DNA from: a virus
Strand: one strand, 5' to 3'
DNA: 64,000 bases
IMG/VR virus record: IMGVR_UViG_3300004463_001172
Location: 1-64,000 of that record
Below, piece after piece: positions 1-8,700 of this stretch. Made by a program: the position numbers and the translations under genes. The first letter of the stretch is position 1. Each line of letters starts with the position of its first letter. Under the pieces are notes generated by a model. That model saw only the letters and a list, made by a program, of their open reading frames with translations, did no database searches and was not told the DNA's origin.

Positions 1-570
1 ATGGCATATCAATCCCAGAAATACCGACTTACCGGCGTGGCACCCATGATCCTTCACAATGGGCAAACACGCGACCCACTCAACGTATTTTCCAAAGCCT
101 TGAAGAAGGTCTCCGGCAAGCGCAACAAGACCGACGCTGACTACGAAGAGATGGCAAAGATTGAATTTTTTGCGTCGGTCTATCTCTCTGATGGGAAAGT
201 CTGTCTGCCTGGAGAAAACCTGGAGCGTATGCTCCTTGATGCCGCTCGTAAGATGAAGCTTGGAAAACAGGTTCAGGCTGGTGTGTTTTGTCCTGGAGTT
301 GCATTTATCGAGTATGATGGTCCTCAGACGGTTGAGGATCTGTGGGAAGATGAGCGGTTTCGCTTTACACATGCTGTGAAAGTGAATGGTTCTGCGATCA
401 TGCGAACCCGTGCTCGGTTTGATCAGTGGTCTTTTGTGATGGAGGTCCGATATGACCCGGAGATGATTGACCTTGGGCAACTGCACCAGATTATGACCAT
501 TGCTGCTGATGCGATTGGGTGTGGGGAGTGGCGACCGAAGTTTGGGCGCTTCGAGGTTCAACCGCTGTAA
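1..570 (+). CDS. Stand-alone Cas7/RAMP-like RNA-binding protein (189 aa)
   Basis: RAMP-like motifs: beta1 YRLTGVAPMILHN, LPGENLERMLLDAA (cf. the iPgssikG.lr motif of RAMPs), C-terminal Gly-rich loop IGCGEWRPKFGRFEV; no other cas genes in the window. Confidence 0.8.
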   Translation: MAYQSQKYRLTGVAPMILHNGQTRDPLNVFSKALKKVSGKRNKTDADYEEMAKIEFFASVYLSDGKVCLPGENLERMLLDAARKMKLGKQVQAGVFCPGVAFIEYDGPQTVEDLWEDERFRFTHAVKVNGSAIMRTRARFDQWSFVMEVRYDPEMIDLGQLHQIMTIAADAIGCGEWRPKFGRFEVQPL

Positions 571-686
571 CAGGGCTTGGCATGGCACGGATCGCCTGGG
601 CAGGGATCGGAGCGGCGCGGACTGGCTTAGCGGTGACCGGCACGGCCTGACTCGACGCGACAGGGATTGGCTTGGCATGGGTTTTT
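571..686 (+). ncRNA. Pentamer-periodic array 1 (22 units of GGM-NN), putative guide RNA
   Basis: Triplets in exact 5-nt phase from 574 to 679: 10 GGC, 5 GGA, 1 GGG, 3 GAC, 3 other; ends GGCATGGGTTTTT. The repeat is certain, the RNA role is inferred. Confidence 0.8.
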
Positions 687-711
687 CTTGCCGTCTTAAT
701 TGATTAATATT

Positions 712-813
712 TAACATGGCGTGGCATGGATAAGAAGTGACTGGACCGGCAAGGCATCCAAGGGCATGGCAGTGAACGGCATTGCATGGCACGTCACGGA
801 ATGGCATGGGTTT
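712..813 (+). ncRNA. Pentamer-periodic array 2 (19 units of GGM-NN), putative guide RNA
   Basis: Triplets in 5-nt phase from 718 to 808, 13 of 19 start with GG; starts TAACAT-GGC and ends GGCATGGGTTT like array 1. Confidence 0.8.
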
Positions 814-814
814 C

Positions 815-958
815 CTACCGTAAGAGAAGTAGCACTAGTGCAATAATCACGAGCAATCCAAGTAATCCACTGGGGCCATACCCATATTTATGTAGGCCCC
901 AGTGAGGGGCAGACCCAAACATGAGTAGTATTAAGATGATTAAGGCGACGAGTAACAT
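815..958 (-). CDS. Small membrane protein, DUF3309-like (47 aa)
   Basis: MLLVALIILILLMFGSAPHWGLHKYGYGPSGLLGLLVIIALVLLLLR; GGAGA RBS before ATG 958. Confidence 0.75.
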   Translation of the reverse strand: MLLVALIILILLMFGSAPHWGLHKYGYGPSGLLGLLVIIALVLLLLR

Positions 959-966
959 CGTGTCTC

Positions 967-1140
967 CTACGCTATTGTCTCTCGTTTGGCGTCGACTTGC
1001 TCTTCTAGCGCTTGCTGAGACGCGCCCCGCAGCCCCTTCCAATTGATCTCTGCGCCTCGGCCTTCGCGAATGGCCTCAAGCACCCATGGCGCATTGGCTT
1101 GTACTAGCGCTAGTAATTGGATAATGAGTTGGATTTCCAC
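967..1140 (-). CDS. Hypothetical protein (~57 aa), overlaps the lipoprotein gene
   Basis: GTG start after GGAGG; amphipathic VEIQLIIQLLALV. Confidence 0.5.
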   Translation of the reverse strand: MEIQLIIQLLALVQANAPWVLEAIREGRGAEINWKGLRGASQQALEEQVDAKRETIA

Positions 1141-1466
1141 GGTGGTCCCTCCACCTGCTCGGCAATGGTCATCAGGATACAGAGTTGGCGCTGCATGATG
1201 AGCGCCTGCGATAGGTCTGATTTCCCGGCTTCTGCTGCCGTCAGATAGGCATCCTGACTCTGCGCCCATCGCGCATAGGCCTTCCGTGCGATGTCCAAGT
1301 TTTCCGGCGGGAGTGTGCCCTGTTGCGCCGCGCCATAGATCGTGCGATAGAGGTGCTCGGCGGTCGTTTTACTCATCTGCGCATACTCCTGCCGCGCCTG
1401 CGGCCCTGAAGCCGCACAACCAATCACGAGGCCTACACTGAGGAGGATGAGTGCCATCCGTTTCAT
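1110..1466 (-). CDS. Lipoprotein (possible spanin-like lysis component)
   Basis: Signal peptide with lipobox LVIG-C. Confidence 0.6.
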   Translation of the reverse strand: MKRMALILLSVGLVIGCAASGPQARQEYAQMSKTTAEHLYRTIYGAAQQGTLPPENLDIARKAYARWAQSQDAYLTAAEAGKSDLSQALIMQRQLCILMTIAEQVEGPPWKSNSLSNY

Positions 1467-1475
1467 AGAGAATCC

Positions 1476-1751
1476 CTAGTCCTCGCTGGCATCCAGTAAC
1501 GGGTTGGGTCCATGCTCCATGGGTGGCAAGGGCTGCGCCATCTGAGGAGCAGGATCACGGTCTGGGATCTGGCGGGGTTCGACCCGCGCATGTCCTTTAG
1601 CCTGGCCTTCGCGATAGGCGGCTTCTGTGCGCGACTCCTCGAAGATGGCTGCCCAGACCTCATCGCTGATGTCGAGGTACTCGACGCTCTCCCCGTACTT
1701 CGTCACCAGGTAGCAGCCATCGTCTGGACACATGGGGCCTCTCCCTTTCAC
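1476..1751 (-). CDS. Hypothetical protein
   Basis: ORF packed in the operon, overlapping the upstream stop. Confidence 0.45.
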   Translation of the reverse strand: MKGRGPMCPDDGCYLVTKYGESVEYLDISDEVWAAIFEESRTEAAYREGQAKGHARVEPRQIPDRDPAPQMAQPLPPMEHGPNPLLDASED

Positions 1752-2479
1752 TGAATTTTCATGATTAACACCACAATTCCACCTATCACCCCGACCGCAG
1801 AGATAATGCCGAACATCAGGGCAATCATGGCCCCCTGGCCGATGGTTCGCCCTTCGCCGCGATCCCCTCGGGTGCGCTCGCCAGTGATTTGTGGGAGCAA
1901 TTCCGCGCGCAGCGCCGCAATCGCGGCTTCCGACCGGAGGGCCACGGAATTAATGGCAGCTTCCAATCGGTCTTTCAAATCGGTGATTTTGCTATCTAAG
2001 GACTGACTGACCGTATGCCCCTGAAGCCCGAGCTGGTCGATTTGCTTGGCAAACGCCACCTCGGATTTTTCCACCGCTTCTTTGGCGGAACTGAGGGCCG
2101 CTGCCGTAGAGCGCATCTGCGCGGCGAGGGCGGTATCCAGGGCCGTTTTGGCGTCGTTGGACCCTTGCTCAAAGCGCTTATCGCGTTCGAGGAGCCGACC
2201 TTCCACGCTGTGAAACTTTTCCAGATACACCGCCGCCAGTGCCGCGAGCTTTTGATCGATCTCCGAGGGCAACCGCTCGGCTTGGCGTTGCAGCAGCTCC
2301 GTGGCTTTCTCCGTGCCATCCAGCTGCATGCTGATCTTGGCATCGAGTGCCTTGATCTGGCCCTCCAAGATTTCACGCAGGCCGGCAATTTCCCGCTGCA
2401 GCGACAGGGTGGTCAGCCGTGTCGGATCGGGCCGCGGGGTCCACTCCCCGTCGCGGTCTTCTGGCTGTTCCTCGCTCAT
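1748..2479 (-). CDS. Coiled-coil protein with C-terminal transmembrane anchor
   Basis: Heptad-rich body; C-terminal MIALMFGIISAVGVIGGIVVLIMK. Confidence 0.7.
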   Translation of the reverse strand: MSEEQPEDRDGEWTPRPDPTRLTTLSLQREIAGLREILEGQIKALDAKISMQLDGTEKATELLQRQAERLPSEIDQKLAALAAVYLEKFHSVEGRLLERDKRFEQGSNDAKTALDTALAAQMRSTAAALSSAKEAVEKSEVAFAKQIDQLGLQGHTVSQSLDSKITDLKDRLEAAINSVALRSEAAIAALRAELLPQITGERTRGDRGEGRTIGQGAMIALMFGIISAVGVIGGIVVLIMKIQ

Positions 2480-2823
2480 TCGGATGCGTCCTCATGGCCA
2501 GCGGTGATATGCTCACGGAAGATCCGCCAGCATTGCCAGCTACAGCCGAGGAGGCCCCAACCCCCGATATTGGTCAGCATAATGCGGGCGGGCACACTCA
2601 AGAGCACCTGGACCAGCAGGGAACTCTCGGCGGTGAGGCCACTGAGCACCAGGGCATTCCGCAGAAAGAGGATACCAATACTGACGTTCGTCAGCATGAG
2701 GCCGATCCAGGCCAGCCGCCAGTTGCGATACCGGCCGGCCGGCACGTACAACAGCCGGAGCGCAAAGAAGAGACTGCCGAGCATCCACAGGACTGGCCCC
2801 CAGGCCATGAGGATCCACATCAT
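2476..2823 (-). CDS. Multi-pass membrane protein (holin-like candidate)
   Basis: About 3 hydrophobic segments; ATGA-coupled to its neighbours. Confidence 0.55.
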   Translation of the reverse strand: MMWILMAWGPVLWMLGSLFFALRLLYVPAGRYRNWRLAWIGLMLTNVSIGILFLRNALVLSGLTAESSLLVQVLLSVPARIMLTNIGGWGLLGCSWQCWRIFREHITAGHEDASE

Positions 2824-3338
2824 GGGTGCGTCCGTCCACAGAGGATTGCCCACCAGCGTCTCCACCACGGCTCGTCGACAACGGACGTGGTCTCCTGTTC
2901 GCGTTCCTGGCGTTGACGGCGCCGGACATGTCGACGGCCATCCAGCATGGCTAAATACAGCGTGGCCGCGAGGGCTTCAGAGAAGTCTTCGCGCCGCGAC
3001 CCGCGTTTGGCCCGTTCGTAAATGGCCCGAATGCCAGCCGTCAGTTCGACTAATTCGGCATCAGTGAGGCTGTCCGGATCCCGCCGATATTTCTCGATAT
3101 GGGCGTCGAGCCCCTCGGCATCGGTATCTTGATGAAACATGTCGGCCAGCCGCTTATCCATCACGGTCAGCAATGGATTGAGCCGGAGCTTGAGGAGTTC
3201 CACCTCATTCTTGAGCGCACTAAAGGCTTGCTGGCTGTCTTTCGTGCGGCCCTGCAGCCGCACCATTTCGGTGCGGATGGCGACGTAGAGGGCGACACTG
3301 ACGCCGAGCGGCGCGACATACCGGAGCCACTCATCCAT
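2820..3338 (-). CDS. Membrane-anchored hypothetical protein
   Basis: N-terminal TM segment followed by coiled coil. Confidence 0.6.
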   Translation of the reverse strand: MDEWLRYVAPLGVSVALYVAIRTEMVRLQGRTKDSQQAFSALKNEVELLKLRLNPLLTVMDKRLADMFHQDTDAEGLDAHIEKYRRDPDSLTDAELVELTAGIRAIYERAKRGSRREDFSEALAATLYLAMLDGRRHVRRRQRQEREQETTSVVDEPWWRRWWAILCGRTHP

Positions 3339-3762
3339 CCGTCCCCTCCAGCGGCTGTCCGGCTTGCGCCAGGCGGACTTCGAGACTCCACAGAGTCAAC
3401 AAGCGTGGGAAGGTGAGATCGGGGCGTTCATCACCGGCCAGTTGCAATTCGGTGCTGCGCTCGCGAATCAGGCGGTGTAACGTCTTGGCGTCCTCCAGGC
3501 TAATCACGTCGTCGGCCAGTTCTTGTAACAACCGGTCGAGATCATGATGCGTCGGCGCATGGAGCCGCCCGGCCAGACTATGTTCGATGACCCGCGAGAA
3601 TATGCGGATTTGATGTTCCAGTTGTTCGACTCGTGGGCCTATCTGCTGCTGTGCCTGGCGCGTGGGTGGACACCCACGCGCCAGGGTGAGGGTCATGGCC
3701 ACGGCACTCACCAGCAACGCGGCTAGTGCAATCAGTAGCCCAGGGATGTCCCACGGCATCAT
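3331..3762 (-). CDS. Membrane-anchored hypothetical protein (similar layout to 2820-3338)
   Basis: N-terminal TM segment; LAGRLHAPTHHDLDRLL resembles LADMFHQDTDAEGLDAHI. Confidence 0.6.
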   Translation of the reverse strand: MMPWDIPGLLIALAALLVSAVAMTLTLARGCPPTRQAQQQIGPRVEQLEHQIRIFSRVIEHSLAGRLHAPTHHDLDRLLQELADDVISLEDAKTLHRLIRERSTELQLAGDERPDLTFPRLLTLWSLEVRLAQAGQPLEGTDG

Positions 3763-3837
3763 GATCGTTTGATTCCCTCTACGCTTATTGCACCCTCTAC
3801 CTGCGTGTGCCCTTGTCGTGCCATGCGGCTTAATGCC

Positions 3838-6800
3838 TTAGTATCCACCCGGCAGTGTGGCATCGACTACGCCTAACCTGTTGGCAAAGCCTACGCAGGA
3901 ATTGGCGGGTGTGTCATTCAGGCCGGCCACGATCGCGCCGCAACCCCGGAAATATCGCTGAAAACTGGTGCCAGAATAGCCGCTGGGTGGTGTGGTGACC
4001 CACAGTTTCGTGGTGGTCAAGACGCCGTTCTGATACGCGAATATAATCTCTGCGCCCGTGGTGAGCCCGGTCCAGACGGTCTTCGCGCCAATCGACGGAT
4101 TGGTGGTCACGACGTTGGTACAGTTGCCACACACGCCCCCCATGGCAGAGCTATAGTTGGTGCCATTACCGAAGATGCGCAAGCCATCTAAGCTCCAGAC
4201 ATCAGCGGTGATGCCGAGCGCCGTCCCAGGATTATTGACGAGGAGAATATCTTCGCCAAACCAACTAAAGAACGCCGAATCGGGCATCACCGAGGGTTTT
4301 TTGGTGTATAAGGCGGTTTTCCCTAAACCGGCCCCAATGATAGTACTCCGCCGCACCAGCGTATTTTCGTTGGCTGAATATTGCAGGCCCGCTGCCCCGC
4401 CGGGGGTGGTTGAGAGTCCTACCACGAGCATATGGTCGATGGTATTATCTAGCGGTCGAGAGCCTGGATCACTTTCATTGGTGGGATTCGCAGGGTGAAT
4501 ACTCATACCAATCAAGGTGTCATAGGCGATATTGCCTAACCAATGGTTATCGTGGCAATGTTTCCCGCTCGTGCGGGTATAGGAGGCACAGCTAAACCCG
4601 GTCGCATTGGTTGGATTCGCCCAGATATGATCCGCGATATTGTTTTCTACGATCCAATTCGCGGCGGGATAGAGCGCATAGGCGGTGTGGCCAACTCCAC
4701 TGGCGCAGTTATCTTCTTTTCCAGAGGAGCTACGATCATGGGCGTAATTCCGCCGCATGATCCCTCCGCTGTTGTATTTCACCACTGGATGGTCGCGTAA
4801 GCTGCCGTAAAACTCATTCTCTTCAATCAGCGCGTTGTCGCTATTATCCCGAATGGCCAACGGCGCACTGGTGCAATCAGAATCGCCCGGCACGGCGAGA
4901 AAAATATTGCGGCGCACCGTCGTATTTGGAGAGTATTTAATGTCTGTGTTGTATCCGGTGGTGCCAATGATATCATCATCGCCACTGAGCGATGTGCGGG
5001 CCCAGACAATGCCCTCAATTTTCCAGTTCGAGCAATTCCAGAGCTTCAGCGCGTTTTTCCCAACACCCGTTGCATTGACCCGTGCTGCCCGCTCGTTCTT
5101 GGCTTTAAGGACAACGGGCTGTGCGGCCGTGCCATTCGTATAGCCTGTCGTACAGTCGATGTTGGGTAAGCCGGTGGTGGCGTCGGTATAGACACCATCC
5201 GCGAGTTGCACCGTATAGCCTTTGAGCGCCTTCTTCAGCGTATAGGCAAAGGTCTTACAGGGGGTGCCTTCCGTTTGACAGTTATTGGCCGAGCCATCCG
5301 ATCCGCTGGGGCTCATATAGAGGGTTGTCCCCGCCGCAGGGGTACTGGTGGCCTGTGCAGCGGAGGCACTGTCGCCACTGAGCCCGGCTTGATCGATGCC
5401 CCGCATGCGCACGTTATAGGTGGTCGCTGGGGTGAGGCCACTCAAGCCGATGTTACACACGCCGCCGGTCGCGACCGTCACGCTGCTACAGGACACCCCA
5501 GACGCCCCGCAGACAAACGCCGCGCCCACGGTGCCTGTGCTATAGCCCGCTTGGCACTGACAGGGCGGTGAGCCGGTTTCGGTGCAGGTGGAGGAGGCCG
5601 AGAACCCACCCGTGGTGATGTTGGTAAAGCTCACGGTCCCCATGACTGGCGCAGTGGTATCGGCTGGGGTCGACATGATGGTGGAGGAAATCTTCGCAAT
5701 GCCAGCATTGGCGATGCTGAGGCTGGCACCTCGAAAATACTGATAGGTGGCTGAACTCCCAGTGACTTGCTCCTGAATCAGCCCGTTAAAGAGGATATAG
5801 GTATCGGGGACTAAGGTTTCTGTGGGCTCAATAAAGCCTTCAATGACCAGGTTATTGGCGCTGTAAATCGCCGTGCAGCGCCCGCTCCCAGCGAAGTCGT
5901 AGGCTTTATCCGACACGCCACTCGGATAATTGGCATCCCAGACAAACCCCCCATTATCACAACTGAATTTGTAGGTGCTGGCGTCGAGCACTTTATTCAA
6001 ATTTACGAAGCGGAACAACATCTCCACCCGATTGCCCACGAGCGAGCCATCATCGCCGGTGTTCGTGGTGGGCGCTAAACTGGCGAGCGTGACGCCGGTT
6101 TTAAAGTAAATCCGATTCGTACTATCCTTCCAGGCCATGCGCGTGACCCATATGCCCGTGGGTGGCACCGCGCTGGTGTTGCCCGTCATGGCGATAGCGT
6201 TGGCCTGAGTCCAATAGGCATCTGAGATGCCATCGGCATTGGGACTGTTGGCGCCAAACTCTTTGACGAGATAATCTTCGGTGATGCCCCCGCCGCCAGA
6301 GGGACACTGTGGGACGGCGGTGGATGAGGTGTGGAAGAACAAGCAATCGATGCGTAGCCCGGCTTTCGCGACCAAATGGAGTTGATCGCCGGTGGCGACG
6401 ACAAATGCCGTCTGCGGTGTGCCATTGAGCCCGTTTTTGGCATTCTCCAGCGTGCCAGCCCGCCCCAAGGGGAGCCAAGTCCAGCCACTGGTGGGCAGCC
6501 CCGAGTTGAGCGTGTTTAACTCGCGGTTATCGGGGGGATTTTTAAAGGGGGTCGTGCCAATCGTGGTCCACAGGCCGGCCGCGCTACTGGTGGGAATATC
6601 GACTAAGGCCCAGCCGTAGTAGGTGCCGGCGGTGAGCCCCGCTTGCGCGATCTCGCCAGCAAAGGGATTGCCGCCAATGGCAATGCGGACAAAGGCGGAG
6701 CCATTCGCCGTAGTGTCGGTGACTTGTTCCCACTCCCCACTCCTGAGCAGATTTTCGGCTTGGGCGGCAAAGCCTCCACCGGCGGCGGCAAAGGCGGGTC

Positions 6801-6981
6801 CGGCACCGCAGTTGATGCTCCCCACGGCATCAGTGGCATCGACTAAGGTGTTGAGATTGTTATCGGCGAGATCAGCGCAGACGACGGCGCCGGTGGGGCC
6901 TTCGGGTTGTGGGGTGCGGGCATCCGTGGTGAGGCTGAGCAGACTCAAGAGGAGTCCTAGGAGCAGATACCGATACGTCAT
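3838..6981 (-). CDS. Secreted-type multidomain protein with FN3-like and right-handed beta-helix (pectate-lyase-like) domains (1047 aa)
   Basis: Signal peptide MTYRYLLLGLLLSLLSL; LTPATTYNVRMRGID (FN3-like); TLYMSPSGSD..PCKTFAY and repeated I/V-xx-N motifs. Confidence 0.75.
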   Translation of the reverse strand: MTYRYLLLGLLLSLLSLTTDARTPQPEGPTGAVVCADLADNNLNTLVDATDAVGSINCGAGPAFAAAGGGFAAQAENLLRSGEWEQVTDTTANGSAFVRIAIGGNPFAGEIAQAGLTAGTYYGWALVDIPTSSAAGLWTTIGTTPFKNPPDNRELNTLNSGLPTSGWTWLPLGRAGTLENAKNGLNGTPQTAFVVATGDQLHLVAKAGLRIDCLFFHTSSTAVPQCPSGGGGITEDYLVKEFGANSPNADGISDAYWTQANAIAMTGNTSAVPPTGIWVTRMAWKDSTNRIYFKTGVTLASLAPTTNTGDDGSLVGNRVEMLFRFVNLNKVLDASTYKFSCDNGGFVWDANYPSGVSDKAYDFAGSGRCTAIYSANNLVIEGFIEPTETLVPDTYILFNGLIQEQVTGSSATYQYFRGASLSIANAGIAKISSTIMSTPADTTAPVMGTVSFTNITTGGFSASSTCTETGSPPCQCQAGYSTGTVGAAFVCGASGVSCSSVTVATGGVCNIGLSGLTPATTYNVRMRGIDQAGLSGDSASAAQATSTPAAGTTLYMSPSGSDGSANNCQTEGTPCKTFAYTLKKALKGYTVQLADGVYTDATTGLPNIDCTTGYTNGTAAQPVVLKAKNERAARVNATGVGKNALKLWNCSNWKIEGIVWARTSLSGDDDIIGTTGYNTDIKYSPNTTVRRNIFLAVPGDSDCTSAPLAIRDNSDNALIEENEFYGSLRDHPVVKYNSGGIMRRNYAHDRSSSGKEDNCASGVGHTAYALYPAANWIVENNIADHIWANPTNATGFSCASYTRTSGKHCHDNHWLGNIAYDTLIGMSIHPANPTNESDPGSRPLDNTIDHMLVVGLSTTPGGAAGLQYSANENTLVRRSTIIGAGLGKTALYTKKPSVMPDSAFFSWFGEDILLVNNPGTALGITADVWSLDGLRIFGNGTNYSSAMGGVCGNCTNVVTTNPSIGAKTVWTGLTTGAEIIFAYQNGVLTTTKLWVTTPPSGYSGTSFQRYFRGCGAIVAGLNDTPANSCVGFANRLGVVDATLPGGY

Positions 6982-7012
6982 AATGACTCCTCTGCTGGCT
7001 CGGCCAGCGGGC

Positions 7013-7606
7013 TTACCAGCCCTGAGCAGTTTTCAGGGTCTGCGCGTCAGCCCAGAGTTGGGCCGTTTCATCGGACAGTGTGTCCAAGGCGATCTCACTA
7101 ATCGTGATGGTCGCCAAGGCGGCTCGCGCGGCCACACAATGGGCGCTATTGTTACTCTCGGGGCAGCGGGTCGCCGCTTGCCCATTCATCCGACTGGTGG
7201 AGGGTACCGAGCCGACGGCTAGCAGCCCTGCACTCGCCACTTCGTCAATACGCTGGACCAGATCGGCCCAACTATTCACCTGCCAGCACTCCGTTTGCAG
7301 CGTCGAGGTACTGGAGAACCACACCAAGTCCGTGCGGGTCGCCATCCCCGTACCATCGACCGCGACGGTGCCAGGACTGGTAATGCGCGTCCAGGCGGCT
7401 TGTCCAGCCGTACAACCGCTGGGAACCGGCCAGACGATGGCGCTGGCGGCTTCGGCAATGGTCACAACATCGTAGTCCGCCACGGCGGCTATGGCGCTCT
7501 CACTCACGCCTGAGACGCGCCCGCCTGTGGTGACATATTGAATCGAGGCGGCGGTGGCCGGCGTGAGGCTCACGAGTAGGAGCAGGAGACTCCACCCCCA
7601 GGACAT
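7013..7606 (-). CDS. Hypothetical exported protein
   Basis: Signal peptide MSWGWSLLLLLVSLTPATAA. Confidence 0.65.
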   Translation of the reverse strand: MSWGWSLLLLLVSLTPATAASIQYVTTGGRVSGVSESAIAAVADYDVVTIAEAASAIVWPVPSGCTAGQAAWTRITSPGTVAVDGTGMATRTDLVWFSSTSTLQTECWQVNSWADLVQRIDEVASAGLLAVGSVPSTSRMNGQAATRCPESNNSAHCVAARAALATITISEIALDTLSDETAQLWADAQTLKTAQGW

Positions 7607-8691
7607 TACGGCACCTCCATTTCCACAGCGCATTGATGGTCATGGGCGGCGGTCGCCGCGGTGATATTCAACTCAACACTGAATTTGACGCCTGCGGCAA
7701 TCGCTTGCGATTGGCCGGTGAGACTACAGGTGAGGGCTGAGGCCCCGGCAATTGGACAGGTGATCGGCGTGCTCACTGCATTGATGCGCACGGTATAGGT
7801 ATTCGTCACGCCGGCCCCTGGGGGGATATCGGTTTCACAATACAGCGCCGTCAGGGTGCCGGCCCGCCCCGCCTTGATCACCGTGCCATCGTTGATCGTC
7901 TCCGGGTTGGCCGTGCCGCAAGCGTTGGAGAGGACCGCACTGCGCAAATAGCGCAGGCCAGTCGTGGTGGTATTGATGCAGCCAAAATTAAAATTCAGGA
8001 CTTTTGCCCCACCGGCAATTAGATCTGTGCCATTACTGGTGAGGGTCGAGCGGATCGGCCCCAGCGGCACGCGCTCCCAGGTACTGGCCCCTCGGCGAAT
8101 CACATCGCCCCGCGCCTGGCTGGTGAAAAAGAGATTCGGTGTGACCGTGGCCACAGGCATGGTGCCCCCCACGGTCATACGCACGCCATCGCCGGTGGGG
8201 TAGGATTGGGTGCAATCTTGGCCCGCAATACAGGTGCGGGCATTGCCCTGCCCATCAGTGAGCTGGTCAAATTTCGCCACATAGGGCTCCACCAGAATAT
8301 TGCTCCCAACGCCCCCAGGGCAAAAGCCCGCGCGGTATTTCTCATTCGTTTGCGAGGTATCGATCCAGATATGGTTAGTGCCACGACACGCTCCTACGGG
8401 CGCGACGGTGGAAAACTCTTCGGGGTCGGGCATCAGATTGCCGATGAGCTTGTCCGTGCCGGGATCAATGACTTGCTCACCCGTAATGCAGGAGGTCCAC
8501 GAGCCCAGGGTGCCCCCAACCGAAATGCCCCAGTCAATTAGGTCGGGATTGGTGCTACAGTCGGGCTCGCCTTCGGCTTCCGTCCAAAATTTCGGCATCA
8601 ATGAGGCCCGCTCACGCTTCCAGCCACTGACGGCCCCGAAGCTGAGGCTGGGGAGGATGAGGATCAGGACGATTAACCATCGTGTGCGCAC
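7606..8691 (-). CDS. Exported Cys-rich protein with a tail-fibre-like segment
   Basis: Signal peptide; GDVIRRGASTWERVPLG is typical of phage fibre repeats. Confidence 0.6.
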   Translation of the reverse strand: MRTRWLIVLILILPSLSFGAVSGWKRERASLMPKFWTEAEGEPDCSTNPDLIDWGISVGGTLGSWTSCITGEQVIDPGTDKLIGNLMPDPEEFSTVAPVGACRGTNHIWIDTSQTNEKYRAGFCPGGVGSNILVEPYVAKFDQLTDGQGNARTCIAGQDCTQSYPTGDGVRMTVGGTMPVATVTPNLFFTSQARGDVIRRGASTWERVPLGPIRSTLTSNGTDLIAGGAKVLNFNFGCINTTTTGLRYLRSAVLSNACGTANPETINDGTVIKAGRAGTLTALYCETDIPPGAGVTNTYTVRINAVSTPITCPIAGASALTCSLTGQSQAIAAGVKFSVELNITAATAAHDHQCAVEMEVP

Positions 8692-8700
8692 AGCGTCTCC

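Noticed and set aside
500-703. 67-aa ORF over array 1
   Set aside because: Low-complexity G/R/D/W translation is a by-product of the pentamer repeat; no RBS
571-813. CRISPR array next to the Cas7-like gene
   Set aside because: No 25-45 bp identical repeats with spacers; the structure is a 5-nt period instead
2015-3067. 350-aa plus-strand ORF and many similar antisense ORFs
   Set aside because: They overlap tightly coupled minus-strand genes; typical of high-GC shadow ORFs
3795-3840. Short minus-strand stretch GGC-AT..GGC-AC-GAC-AA-GGG resembling the arrays
   Set aside because: Only 3-4 in-phase units; compatible with chance in GC-rich DNA
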